This document shows, piece after piece, positions 1 through 9,768 of a DNA stretch of 64,000 bases; the first letter of the stretch is position 1, and each line of letters begins with the position of its first letter. The stretch covers positions 64,001 to 128,000 of the IMG/VR virus record IMGVR_UViG_3300028666_000024; one strand, written 5' to 3'. The stretch comes from a virus. Lineage: Duplodnaviria > Heunggongvirae > Uroviricota > Caudoviricetes. The translations under genes and the position numbers were made by a program. The notes under the pieces were generated by a model, which did no database searches, was not told where the DNA came from, and saw only the letters and a program-made list of their open reading frames with translations.

Positions 1-39
1 GTAGGATTGTTAAACTACGTTGTTAAACTACATAACTAT

Positions 40-975
40 TTATAATGCCAACTCTTTGAAGTCTTTTTCAGTAAGTTCTTGAGGAGACTTATCCAACCAC
101 ATCAATTGAGACATTTGAGATAATCCTCTTTTCTTATGTCCTGTGTGTATACCTATCAAATTATACATCATTCCATTTTCTTTAGCAACATCAAAACTTT
201 CAGGATGTTCAAATACCAATTTACCACCCGGACCATATTTTTTTGCAATATCTTTGTTAAATAGAAAGAGATAAATCCTACCCTCTTCATCATCACCCTT
301 TACTTTATATTTGTATCCATGACCTATTTCACATTCAAACTCATATGGTTTAGAATGTTTTCTATCAATTCTTCCAAAATCACTTACTAAGGTTTCATAA
401 TCTGCTTCATCAATATTAAAATAACCATACTTATCCTGAACCTCATCAACATTAAAATATTTCTTTTCCTGTGGTTGAGGTTGTGTTGCATTTTTAACTG
501 CTTGTTTCTGTGCTGTTCGTTCGGCTGTTCTTTGGTCAAAGTTTGTTTTCTTCACTCCTAAATGCTGTAATAGAGTATACATATTAATATGAGTTTTAGA
601 TTCAAAATCATTATCTGCTGCCATAAAGTAATAATTTCTATTTGCTTTAGAATCTAATAATTTAATCAAATGTAGTTTCCCACCACCAACAAATTCAACA
701 TCAACTATTTCTTCGGCCTTATCCCATCCATTATGAGTAATAAAAACATGAGCATTATCTTTAAATTGAGGTTCTTTATTATAAATAATATTTACAATCT
801 GAACTTTAAAATCTTCATTATTTTTATTTTTAAATATCATCCCATTTGGTTTATTTTTAATCTTTTTAAAATATTCCCAAACATATTTAAAAGTTTCTTG
901 TTCTATAGGCCAAACAGTTTTAAAATTTTTCGAAGATAATTCTTCTTGTAAAATATAAAAGTTTTTAAAATTCAT
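40..975 (-). CDS. Hypothetical protein with MNFKNFYILQEE N-terminal tag (putative internal head protein)
   Basis: 311-aa ORF; N-terminus shared with several other late ORFs; body not recognised. Confidence 0.6.
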   Translation of the reverse strand: MNFKNFYILQEELSSKNFKTVWPIEQETFKYVWEYFKKIKNKPNGMIFKNKNNEDFKVQIVNIIYNKEPQFKDNAHVFITHNGWDKAEEIVDVEFVGGGKLHLIKLLDSKANRNYYFMAADNDFESKTHINMYTLLQHLGVKKTNFDQRTAERTAQKQAVKNATQPQPQEKKYFNVDEVQDKYGYFNIDEADYETLVSDFGRIDRKHSKPYEFECEIGHGYKYKVKGDDEEGRIYLFLFNKDIAKKYGPGGKLVFEHPESFDVAKENGMMYNLIGIHTGHKKRGLSQMSQLMWLDKSPQELTEKDFKELAL

Positions 976-976
976 C

Positions 977-2299
977 TTATTTAACCTGTGTTTGATTTGT
1001 AGTATTTTGATTTATAGCATTTGATGTAATAACTTTAAATAATTCATCAATATTATCAATCAATTGTTTATTCATTTTAACTAATCTTCCATTAACCTCT
1101 ACACCATCACTAAATAATTTTAAATAATTATCCCAAACTGTTTTTCTAATATCTGGTTTAGTGTTTATCTTTTCATATAAAGAAATCATATTTTTATCTC
1201 GTAAATTTCCTCTAAACATATTCATAAAATTTGAATGATCTTTTGTAATTAAATTTCCAATAGATTGTGTTGAACGAGTTTTTTGCATAAGATATTTAAA
1301 AGTAATATATTCGTCTGCTACAAGTTCATAGTTTCTTCCGGGATTTTGACCTTGTGTGTTTTTATAAGCAGTTAGAAAATTAGCAGTATCCGATTCATCA
1401 AATTTAATAGAAACCTTACCTATAATTGATGTTCCATTATCAAATTTTTCTTTTACATAACCAAAAAAATCTTCATTACTAACTCCCATAGAATTTTTTA
1501 TATTTTCTGCGTTAGGTTCTATTCCCTTAGAAAGTAATTCTAAAAATTTTGTGTTAATTTCATCTAAAGAATGTCCATTCATTTCTTTTAAAACCGTATC
1601 AACAATCAAAGAATCTGCTCCCTCAACATCACCACCTTCTAAACGATTTTTCCACGAACAAAAAAGTGTTGCTGTTTTAATCCAATGACCTAATTGAGAA
1701 GCATCTTTCAAAGCATTACCTTCAAAATATTCCAAAGCTTCTTTAGGACCATTCATCTTTGGAATTCTTACTTTAGAAAATTGATAAGCATCATCAAGAG
1801 TTTTAAAAGAAACTGTTATCTTAGTTTTTGTTCCGTATACATCCTGATTTTTTTCAGCATTTCCCAAAACAGCACCAAATACCCTGACACAAATATCAAA
1901 TCCGGGAGAGTAGTATTTATCTACATGAAAACTATTGTTATCTATAGAGGTTGATTTCTCAAGTGCTTTAGTGCTAATCCACTGAGACATATAATCAGAA
2001 AACCCTTGTTTATCCTTTTTCATCGCTGCGTAAATTATTTTATCGTATGGATAAACTTTCTCTGCAAGTGCTACAAGATTATCAATTTTATTCTTAATCT
2101 GATCATAAACCCGTTTTGCATTCTTAATAAAAAAATCAAAAGGATTAATCATCTTCAAAACCCCTTTGATAGCCTTACCTGCAATACCAGAAACAAATGA
2201 GGTTGCTTTACCAGCCTGTTTAGCAATATAATCAACGCCGGAACCATTAAACTCCTGCAACATCTCTTGTTCTCTATAGTATTGTTTGAAATTAGTCAT
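977..2299 (-). CDS. Hypothetical late protein with MTNFKQYY..MLQE N-terminal tag
   Basis: 440-aa ORF directly downstream of late promoter at 2332-2339. Confidence 0.6.
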   Translation of the reverse strand: MTNFKQYYREQEMLQEFNGSGVDYIAKQAGKATSFVSGIAGKAIKGVLKMINPFDFFIKNAKRVYDQIKNKIDNLVALAEKVYPYDKIIYAAMKKDKQGFSDYMSQWISTKALEKSTSIDNNSFHVDKYYSPGFDICVRVFGAVLGNAEKNQDVYGTKTKITVSFKTLDDAYQFSKVRIPKMNGPKEALEYFEGNALKDASQLGHWIKTATLFCSWKNRLEGGDVEGADSLIVDTVLKEMNGHSLDEINTKFLELLSKGIEPNAENIKNSMGVSNEDFFGYVKEKFDNGTSIIGKVSIKFDESDTANFLTAYKNTQGQNPGRNYELVADEYITFKYLMQKTRSTQSIGNLITKDHSNFMNMFRGNLRDKNMISLYEKINTKPDIRKTVWDNYLKLFSDGVEVNGRLVKMNKQLIDNIDELFKVITSNAINQNTTNQTQVK

Positions 2300-2331
2300 A
2301 CTTTATTATCCTCTTATTCATCTTCAGAAAG

Positions 2332-2339
2332 TATTTATA
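2332..2339 (-). promoter_or_regulatory. T4-type late promoter TATAAATA
   Basis: Exact TATAAATA on minus strand, intergenic, about 33 nt upstream of the 2299 start. Confidence 0.8.
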
Positions 2340-2343
2340 AATC

Positions 2344-2994
2344 TTACGAATCAAACTTATCAAAGGTTTTTTCAATAAAAGAACTATGAAAAGTGATATC
2401 ATATCTCAATGTATCTTTCGAATCATAATCTAATTGAATAGGAGTTGAATCTACATAGAATGCATCTTTATATGAAACTCCTAAAACTCTATCTCCAAAA
2501 TCATCATATATATCCACGTTGATACTGCTTATTCTGTTTTGTGTCTGACTTGCATAGTTACCATTATAAAACGGGTTATCATTATCCATTATCAGTTCTT
2601 GTAGATTCTCTATGAGATATGCTATTGTACCTTGATCATCTTCCTCAAGTGTTATATTGATATTATATCCATTAAAATCCATCACAGGAACACCATATGC
2701 ATAGGGTCCAAGTTTTATCTGTTCTACTTTCCAACCATTATTCATAGGCAAAGTACATTTGATAATATGGTAGGGAAGAATTGTATTATTTACAGAATCA
2801 GGAAGACCTTCAAAACTCAAAAGATATGTCCAAGTCTTTTGAACTGTTTTAGAATTTCCAAAGAAACCTTTTAAATTACTATCAATAATTAAAGAGTTTG
2901 GTAAGTTTCTTTGTGATTTTCCTCCACCTACTTTACCCACAATACCATTAACCTTTGATTTTACAAAATTCTTTGTTGTATTAAATAGACTCAT
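2344..2994 (-). CDS. Tail-tube-fold protein (gp19/gp48/gp54 family; likely baseplate-tube initiator)
   Basis: Tube-fold pattern: CTLP.., NITLEEDDQG, VDIYDDFG..V..YKDAF, LDYD...YDITF. Confidence 0.6.
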   Translation of the reverse strand: MSLFNTTKNFVKSKVNGIVGKVGGGKSQRNLPNSLIIDSNLKGFFGNSKTVQKTWTYLLSFEGLPDSVNNTILPYHIIKCTLPMNNGWKVEQIKLGPYAYGVPVMDFNGYNINITLEEDDQGTIAYLIENLQELIMDNDNPFYNGNYASQTQNRISSINVDIYDDFGDRVLGVSYKDAFYVDSTPIQLDYDSKDTLRYDITFHSSFIEKTFDKFDS

Positions 2995-3643
2995 TTATTT
3001 TACCATGTTTCTTTAGTAATTTTCTTTGCTCTTCCATCGTGTGATATTTTCTAATCATTGTTGCATATTCTGGTTCTGAAATATCAATATCTACCTTCTT
3101 TGTTTTATATTTTGAAGGATTTTTTCCTAAATAATTCTTTGTATCATACATTCTCTTCTCATAGTCTATATACTTAATTGATGAAATGTTTATCGGAAGT
3201 TTGTTTATTACATAAATAAGTTTCTCTTTTATTTCATCATCAAGGCCTTCATAATAAAATGCTCCCTCGTCTTGTAAACTCTTAGGATACCTTGAATTCC
3301 ATTGTAAACTAACTTTGAAATATGGTTCTCCTAAACCCAACCTGTTTCCTTCTGCTGTTTTTAAAAAATTTCGAACTGAGTTATGAAATACTCCTCCGGG
3401 CCAAATCAACATATTAGGATCATCTGTTTGCATATCCATAGGAAACATTCTTACACCACCAAACCAATTATCTCCAAAATGAAATGTTGAATATTCACTC
3501 TTTGCAATTCTTATAAACTCATCTTCTGAAGGATTCAAAGCCATTGGAACATTTTCAAAATCTCCATAATCCCCATGTTGAAATATATTTGGAAAGTTTA
3601 CTCGAATCTCTTCCTGTAATTTATAAAAGTTTTTAAAATTCAT
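2981..3643 (-). CDS. Hypothetical protein with MNFKNFYKLQEE N-terminal tag
   Basis: 220-aa ORF; first 12 aa nearly identical to those of ORF 40..975. Confidence 0.6.
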   Translation of the reverse strand: MNFKNFYKLQEEIRVNFPNIFQHGDYGDFENVPMALNPSEDEFIRIAKSEYSTFHFGDNWFGGVRMFPMDMQTDDPNMLIWPGGVFHNSVRNFLKTAEGNRLGLGEPYFKVSLQWNSRYPKSLQDEGAFYYEGLDDEIKEKLIYVINKLPINISSIKYIDYEKRMYDTKNYLGKNPSKYKTKKVDIDISEPEYATMIRKYHTMEEQRKLLKKHGKINESI

Positions 3644-3682
3644 TATGAAACTTTCTGATATCTGTTGAATATTCTGGTTCTA

Positions 3683-4450
3683 TTACCACTTTATCTTTGT
3701 TGCTTTTTGTTCAATGAAACTTGCTCCTGCATTCACAACATTTGAAACCACTGTGTTAGCAAGATCTGTAAAAGTATTTGGAACCAATTCCCAAAAATCA
3801 TAACTAAATCCTATGTTATACTTTATCAAATCTCCACCATCAATATAACTCACACCAACTTCCTGAACCTCTTTCGGCCAACAATTATAAAATACTATTG
3901 ATTTATCTAACTGAATTCCATTATAGGCATACATCATAAGTGTAATACTTGTCATATACTGACTTTTATCGACAACAGAAGTCCCGGAGAATGCTGCTTG
4001 ATTTCTAAATTGTGAGTTTGAAATAATATTCATCCAATCATCCATAAACTTCTTGATTGTTTGTCTCTCAGTTTCTTCATATAAAATATTTAATACATTT
4101 GAGAATTCTGCTCTACCGGGAAGTTTTCTAGTTTGACCATAGAATGATGTTGATATATCACTCATAACTTTAGAAGGTATAGAAGCAGAACGACATTTAA
4201 TTATCAAATCCTCATCTATTAAAACCTTATCAGTATTACCTCCTAAAGTTTGTAAATTTAATCCTCCTAAATAATTTGAAGAATACTTTTGAACGTTCTT
4301 TATAAAATCGTTAGCAATAATAACTTCAAATGTCCAATTCCGTTGAGGATCAGCATAACGGACGGAAAGTCCTTGGCGACTCTCCAATGTTAAATTTTGA
4401 CCTACCAACCCCTTAACACTTGAAAAAGCACTATTGAAACTAAGCGGCAT
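3683..4450 (-). CDS. Tail tube family protein (gp19/gp54-like paralog)
   Basis: CRSASIPS, RKLPGRAEF, NILYEETE, FMDDW, FYNCWPKEV, YNIGFSYDFW: T4 gp19 family motifs. Confidence 0.75.
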   Translation of the reverse strand: MPLSFNSAFSSVKGLVGQNLTLESRQGLSVRYADPQRNWTFEVIIANDFIKNVQKYSSNYLGGLNLQTLGGNTDKVLIDEDLIIKCRSASIPSKVMSDISTSFYGQTRKLPGRAEFSNVLNILYEETERQTIKKFMDDWMNIISNSQFRNQAAFSGTSVVDKSQYMTSITLMMYAYNGIQLDKSIVFYNCWPKEVQEVGVSYIDGGDLIKYNIGFSYDFWELVPNTFTDLANTVVSNVVNAGASFIEQKATKIKW

Positions 4451-4507
4451 CTTGAAAATCCTTTTTAAAATCTTGTACTAAATCTTTAGAAGTAACACCT
4501 TTAGAAG

Positions 4508-4515
4508 TATTTATA
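4508..4515 (-). promoter_or_regulatory. T4-type late promoter TATAAATA
   Basis: Exact motif, intergenic, upstream of the 4450 start. Confidence 0.75.
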
Positions 4516-4720
4516 AAATTATTATATTGCCAATTCTTTGATAATTTTCCACCTCTAAATATAACAAAATCTCTAACAAGTTCTGTAGAAACCTGTCTGT
4601 TTTTCAAAATATATTTTCTCTAATTTTTTGAACTTATTCTTTGATTTTATCTTTTAAATTAATGCAATAATTACACATATTTACATCCTCCGTATGTTGC
4701 CGAGAGTTTAGATTCAAAGA

Positions 4721-4751
4721 GAAAGGACGCTCTCGGAGGTAACGTCCTTTT
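4721..4751. terminator. Intrinsic terminator-like hairpin downstream of the tail tube gene
   Basis: aaaggacg (4722-4729) pairs with cgtccttt (4743-4750); A/T tracts on both sides. Confidence 0.6.
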
Positions 4752-4779
4752 CGGGGATCAGCCTATCTCTTATACTAAT

Positions 4780-5379
4780 TTATAATGTTACAATAGGGTC
4801 GCCGATATTATCAAGTAAATAAAACCAATCAAAGGCGAAGGTTGCATTATATTTAACACTATCATTTCCTCCTGTATAATCTAAATCTACTGCCGCAACA
4901 TTTTGAATAAAACAGTTCTTAAAAAGAATTATTTTCTTTTCAAAGGTTCCATCATATTTCTTTAATTGAAGAACTGCATCTGTTACATATCCTAGAGGAG
5001 TATTTCCGGGACGCTTACCAATCATGTTACTATATCCCTTAGTAATATCAAATATTGATTGAAGCCAATTATAAAAAATACGATATGCATTTTGATTCTC
5101 TGATTCCTCAAAGTTAATTGAAAACGTATTTGAAAATGTTGGTTTGCCCGGAAAAATCTGATGCATTCCACCAAAGAAGCTAGAAATCTGCTCTATTCCT
5201 CTCTCTGGAATCTGAATACTTCTTGCTCTAACTGTCAACTCCTCAACCAAATCAGTTGAGATAGTTTTATCTGCAATAAGATTTGCTACGTTTGGAAAAC
5301 TTATCTCAAACATAAACTGTCTCTGAATATCTTGCATTACAGAAGCAGCACGACCTTCTATTGTAAAATTATTTGTCAT
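4780..5379 (-). CDS. gp19: Tail tube protein
   Basis: RARSIQIPE, IFPGKPTF, INFEESE, FYNWL, FKNCFI.NV..VDLDY, FAFDWF; two genes downstream of the sheath gene. Confidence 0.85.
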   Translation of the reverse strand: MTNNFTIEGRAASVMQDIQRQFMFEISFPNVANLIADKTISTDLVEELTVRARSIQIPERGIEQISSFFGGMHQIFPGKPTFSNTFSINFEESENQNAYRIFYNWLQSIFDITKGYSNMIGKRPGNTPLGYVTDAVLQLKKYDGTFEKKIILFKNCFIQNVAAVDLDYTGGNDSVKYNATFAFDWFYLLDNIGDPIVTL

Positions 5380-5420
5380 ATCTTTTAAACTCCTTTTAAA
5401 CTCTTTGTAAATTTCTTAAA

Positions 5421-5906
5421 TTACTTTTGAACTTGCTTATTAAAGAAATTAATAAATTCTTCAACTTTTTCTTTTGGAATCATAATCCTGCAATGATTGT
5501 TTCCCTTTTCACCTTCTGGTTTATAGAGTCTAAGTTCGAGATCACCACCGGGATATGGATTTACAGATACTTCCTGTTTTCCAGAAGTTCCTTTAGCTTC
5601 AAACTTAAAGACATGTCCAGAAGTTTCATCTGTTGATTCGTCTTCATCATCAAAAAAAGGATCGTCTGGATCATTATCAACACCATAACCTTCATGTTCT
5701 TCACCATAATTCTCAAATAAAAATCTACCAGCGATAAGATAACCTTCATTCTTAGTCTTCTGTTTTGCTTCAAACTCTTTCAACTCTTTTTCAGCTTTTT
5801 TCAATTTTACTCTATAAAACTTTTTAGCTGATTCTAAAACTTTCTTACTTGCAATCTTTTCTTTACAATCATTAATCTCATTTTCAATATATTTCTTATC
5901 TCTCAT
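5421..5906 (-). CDS. Acidic/coiled-coil hypothetical protein between sheath and tube genes
   Basis: 161-aa ORF with RBS; contains IAGRFLFE motif. Confidence 0.6.
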   Translation of the reverse strand: MRDKKYIENEINDCKEKIASKKVLESAKKFYRVKLKKAEKELKEFEAKQKTKNEGYLIAGRFLFENYGEEHEGYGVDNDPDDPFFDDEDESTDETSGHVFKFEAKGTSGKQEVSVNPYPGGDLELRLYKPEGEKGNNHCRIMIPKEKVEEFINFFNKQVQK

Positions 5907-5923
5907 TTTAATATTCCTTTTCG

Positions 5924-7786
5924 TTATACAAGTTCAACAATACTAACACCACTTTGTTCAATGATGGTTTTCAGGGTAATAAACTCAATAACCTTAGTTG
6001 GTTGAACATAGATATCTACCATCAACTGATTATTATTCACAACATCAGGAGTATTATTTGAGGCATCACAAACAACCTTATAACCTGTCAATCCTCCTCC
6101 AGCAGTAACATCACCAAGGAAACTTGACACCAAACTCGAAATTCTCTGTTGAGTTCTGGAAGTGTTAAGTTCAAACAAGAAATCCTGAAGCATCGGTTCA
6201 ATACTATTCTCAAGATAAATCAAAAGTCTTCGAACATTAATTCTATCAAGAGCGGTGGCCTTCAACTGAGCAGTCTTTTGACCCCACATAACAGAACCAA
6301 CTCCCGGAACAACAAGACTTGTGTTGATGTTTCTGTCATACAAATATCCAATATCTGCCTTATCAAGAGTAAACTTCTGAGCATAACTTGAAATAATACC
6401 GCGAGTAGTTCCAGCAGGAGCATCCCAAGTATTAGCAACATTATCTGTTCTTGCCATGATAGCAGCACCAAAAGCAGCCTTCGGCAACCACAACCATTTA
6501 CTATTGAAAGTATCTCTTACCTTATCAAAACCAGCATACAATGCCATATAGGAAGGATTAGTATAACCATATTGTTCATCCTGCCAAATTAATTGAGCAG
6601 TGTTGTGATTAGATTGATTTGTTCCTGTCTGTCCAGTTGCAATACAATCCATTCTCTTTGTTGCAATTCCACCAACCTGTTGTTTTACTTGAGTATTCCA
6701 ATCAGCATTGATAAGAATATTCACTCCCGGAAGTTTGGAACGACTTGCAAAAATATTCCAAGCGTTTGTAACGTCATTTCCCATACCAGTTCCGCTTGTA
6801 GACAAAGAACCACCACTAAGAGGAATCAAGTTGAATGCTCTTAGATTAGGAACAGAGTCAACAAGACCAGAGGTAGGACATGTATTTATAGCACCATTAT
6901 TCTTAATATAAATCCAATTTGAAACACCATTTATAACTGTTGTAATATTTAATTGATTTCCATTAACATCAAGTTGATCTCCAAGGGTTCCATAAAAGGT
7001 TTCAACTGGTTGTAAAAGACTTGTTAAATCTGTAGCACTGGTAGTTGCTGAAGTAGCTTGTAAACCAGAAATATTTGCTGAAATAGTTGACCAGTTCTGT
7101 GACTGTTGTTTTAGATAAACATCAATCCTCATAACCTTTGCTGCAATAGGAAGTGCTGAAGTAGCAAGAGTATATGCAGAAAGTGGAGCACCTGCTGAAA
7201 TAGTAGTATCATCATACTTATATAACCAATCAGAAGCACTTGTCGCTGTCTGAATAGAAACTGCAATATTATTTCCATCAAGTCCCGGATATAAAGCAGC
7301 AATACAAAAGTCACCCGGAGGAACTGCCGCGCTTGTCTCGATAGAAGAAATATTATCTGGAGTATCAAACTGTCCTCCTAAAATAAAAGGAGTTGATGGA
7401 ATTCCAGAAGTTGTACAAGCAGATAGTGTAGTAGCACTCAAGAAATCATATCCAGACATATTTACATATAATGCAGCATACTTGTCACTTGGATCACAGG
7501 CTCTTGCAACATAAAGATTATTTGACTCATTCAAAAACTGCAACGCTGCGTACATTCCATATCCATACTCAGGGACATCAGGATTACCAGAAGCACCACT
7601 TGTATAAACTGGATTTCCAAAAGTATTAACCAAATCTTGATCCGAAGTCACAAGAACTGGGCTATTAATCGGTCCTCGAATTGAACGAACAACTACTCCA
7701 CCAACGGATGTTCCGGCAGGTTGAAGTATATTTGATTGATCTATTTCTTGTCTCTGAACTCCGGGTGTTGACATTTTCTGTGCCAT
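5924..7786 (-). CDS. gp18: Tail sheath protein
   Basis: STPGVQRQEID N-terminus; W.APAG..RG; WGQKT....TALDRINVRRLLIYLE; DIYVQPTKVIEFI. Confidence 0.95.
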   Translation of the reverse strand: MAQKMSTPGVQRQEIDQSNILQPAGTSVGGVVVRSIRGPINSPVLVTSDQDLVNTFGNPVYTSGASGNPDVPEYGYGMYAALQFLNESNNLYVARACDPSDKYAALYVNMSGYDFLSATTLSACTTSGIPSTPFILGGQFDTPDNISSIETSAAVPPGDFCIAALYPGLDGNNIAVSIQTATSASDWLYKYDDTTISAGAPLSAYTLATSALPIAAKVMRIDVYLKQQSQNWSTISANISGLQATSATTSATDLTSLLQPVETFYGTLGDQLDVNGNQLNITTVINGVSNWIYIKNNGAINTCPTSGLVDSVPNLRAFNLIPLSGGSLSTSGTGMGNDVTNAWNIFASRSKLPGVNILINADWNTQVKQQVGGIATKRMDCIATGQTGTNQSNHNTAQLIWQDEQYGYTNPSYMALYAGFDKVRDTFNSKWLWLPKAAFGAAIMARTDNVANTWDAPAGTTRGIISSYAQKFTLDKADIGYLYDRNINTSLVVPGVGSVMWGQKTAQLKATALDRINVRRLLIYLENSIEPMLQDFLFELNTSRTQQRISSLVSSFLGDVTAGGGLTGYKVVCDASNNTPDVVNNNQLMVDIYVQPTKVIEFITLKTIIEQSGVSIVELV

Positions 7787-7826
7787 CTATTTATCTCCTT
7801 CAAAAATTTTCAAATCTTCCTAAAAG

Positions 7827-7834
7827 TATTTATA
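7827..7834 (-). promoter_or_regulatory. T4-type late promoter (sheath operon)
   Basis: Exact TATAAATA upstream of gp18. Confidence 0.8.
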
Positions 7835-7883
7835 ATCTTAACAATTTAAAAATTGAAATTTACAACTAAACCATTTTTCAAAC

Positions 7884-7891
7884 TATTTATA
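7884..7891 (-). promoter_or_regulatory. Second T4-type late promoter, back-to-back with an early promoter
   Basis: Exact TATAAATA in the divergent intergenic region. Confidence 0.65.
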
Positions 7892-7898
7892 ATTCTTC

Positions 7899-7927
7899 TT
7901 GCATTCTTTCCCGGCATGATATATATT
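7899..7927 (+). promoter_or_regulatory. Sigma70-type early promoter, class A
   Basis: TTGCAT-17 nt (contains CCGGCATG)-TATATT; architecture recurs at 12755, 12842, 20048. Confidence 0.7.
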
Positions 7928-7970
7928 TAAAATAACAATGATAATTTAACCAACTTTTAGGAGATTCAAT

Positions 7971-8159
7971 ATGGCGGCGAAGACCTTTAAATGTGTTGGA
8001 TGTGAAAGAGAAGTTATTGTTCCTGCTGAGTTTCATACTTACGGGGATAGTGCCTGTGCTACCCGTTATTGCTCGGAAGAGTGTTTCAATGACTCTATGG
8101 CTGGAGTTCTATCTATCTCGAAGCACAAGGCCTGTGGGGAGTTCTATTTTGAAGATTAA
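7971..8159 (+). CDS. Small Cys-rich (Zn-finger/TRASH-like) protein
   Basis: 62 aa, CxxC..C..YCSEEC; strong RBS (AGGAG) and own promoter. Confidence 0.7.
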   Translation: MAAKTFKCVGCEREVIVPAEFHTYGDSACATRYCSEECFNDSMAGVLSISKHKACGEFYFED

Positions 8160-8173
8160 AACTGGAACTCCTC

Positions 8174-9757
8174 TTAATAGTCAAAGAAAACAGCATCATT
8201 ATAATTCTCGTCTTCTTCTTTATCTTTCTTTTCAATATTTTCATCAAACACAGAATCCTCATCAAAATCATCAAGATATTCATTTGTCTTAGTATAAAAT
8301 AATCCCCAATTGAGAGAAGTAACACAATCATCAAATGCATTCCTTTTTGATCCTTTTGCTGCGTATCTTCCTATTCCAACCTCCTCATACTGTGAAAGTT
8401 CTGTAATTGTGTCTTTATCATAAATCTTTAACCATCCCTTTTCGATATATCTCTTGAGGAGTGTGTTTGCTTCTGCCTTTGTCATTGGTCCCGAACGAAC
8501 TCCCAATCCTCCCTTGTTGTATCTTTTACCATCAATACCAATAGGTTGATAGGTAATGATTCCTTCCCACTCATATTCGATCCAAAGCATTGTCAAAACT
8601 ATTCCTCCAACATCTGCGTTATTTTCAATCATTGCAGGAGCCATATTATAAAAATTTGAAACATCTATAATAACCTTTGCAAAATCATAAGGAGATATTG
8701 TATTACTTCTGTATACTGCTACCTGTTCTATATCAAGACGACTTTTAATTTTTAGAACCTGAATCACTGAATAGTTTGACTCCTGTTTTCCACCACCTGC
8801 TGCAACATCAACACCAAGAACATACTTAGCATTATCTACAGGATTCTCCCAAATTTTCATCACACCATTCCACTTATAATCAATTGGAGGCATAAACTTC
8901 ATCTTTTCTAAAATATCTTGATCAACCATCGTGTTGTTTGCTCCAACAAAACGACAATCAAACTCCTGCATGAATTGAATTTCACCATATGGAAGAGATT
9001 TTATTGTTCTCTTCTTCCAATCTTCATCCCTTCCCGGAACTTCTGTCCAAAGAATCTTGATTGGATAATAATTATTTTCTCCTCGAACAGCATTAATCCA
9101 TAGATCATAAAACATTTCTTGTCCGTTTGGAGTTGAAAGTATAATAACCTTTGATTTCTTTCCTGAAGATATTGTAGGAATCACAGCACTCATAAAACTC
9201 TTCTGCATATTCTGATCCACGAAAGCAAACTCATCAAGTAACAATGTTGAGAATGATAAACCTCTGACCGCTGTTGAGGATGTTGAAAAGGCATATAATG
9301 AACTTCCATTTTCTAAAATAATATCTTTTTTGTTCCATTCAACTATTCCTTGTTGTAACCACATGGGAAGAGCTTCATAAGCACTTTTAATTTTGTCAAG
9401 AATTTCAACAGAAATCATTTCTTTATTTGCAAGAATTGCCGCTACATGATCTTTGTTGAATAAAATAGTATGAAGTAAATTTAGAGATATCATAGCTGTC
9501 TTACCAATCTGACGTGATGCTAATATGATAACATGTTGTTTGTCCTCCGGAGGTTCTTTACAAACCTTTAGAACTTTCTTTTGATAATCTCTTAAAGGTA
9601 TTAAAATCTTTCCATAATCAATTGTAATGATATAGAAATACTTCTCAGCGAAATAACAAATATCCTCGGCACACTTAACATACTCCTCAAGCATTTCTTT
9701 TGTATAAGTTACTTCCTGACCCTTACCCCTCAACTTCTTATTACCCATGAACGCCAT
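8174..9757 (-). CDS. gp17: Terminase large subunit
   Basis: SRQIGKT Walker A, LLLDEFAF Walker B, STPNG, FMQEFDC.F, GVDVA nuclease motif. Confidence 0.95.
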   Translation of the reverse strand: MAFMGNKKLRGKGQEVTYTKEMLEEYVKCAEDICYFAEKYFYIITIDYGKILIPLRDYQKKVLKVCKEPPEDKQHVIILASRQIGKTAMISLNLLHTILFNKDHVAAILANKEMISVEILDKIKSAYEALPMWLQQGIVEWNKKDIILENGSSLYAFSTSSTAVRGLSFSTLLLDEFAFVDQNMQKSFMSAVIPTISSGKKSKVIILSTPNGQEMFYDLWINAVRGENNYYPIKILWTEVPGRDEDWKKRTIKSLPYGEIQFMQEFDCRFVGANNTMVDQDILEKMKFMPPIDYKWNGVMKIWENPVDNAKYVLGVDVAAGGGKQESNYSVIQVLKIKSRLDIEQVAVYRSNTISPYDFAKVIIDVSNFYNMAPAMIENNADVGGIVLTMLWIEYEWEGIITYQPIGIDGKRYNKGGLGVRSGPMTKAEANTLLKRYIEKGWLKIYDKDTITELSQYEEVGIGRYAAKGSKRNAFDDCVTSLNWGLFYTKTNEYLDDFDEDSVFDENIEKKDKEEDENYNDAVFFDY

Positions 9758-9768
9758 TAGTTTATCCT

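Noticed and set aside
4451-4779. Possible decayed ORF between the tube paralogs
   Set aside because: Only short broken frames found; the region is explained by a terminator and a late promoter
6883-6890. TATAAATA inside gp18 (similar hits at 18280 and in the adhesin gene)
   Set aside because: Intragenic matches are expected by chance in AT-rich DNA; the 18280 site could be real but is unsupported
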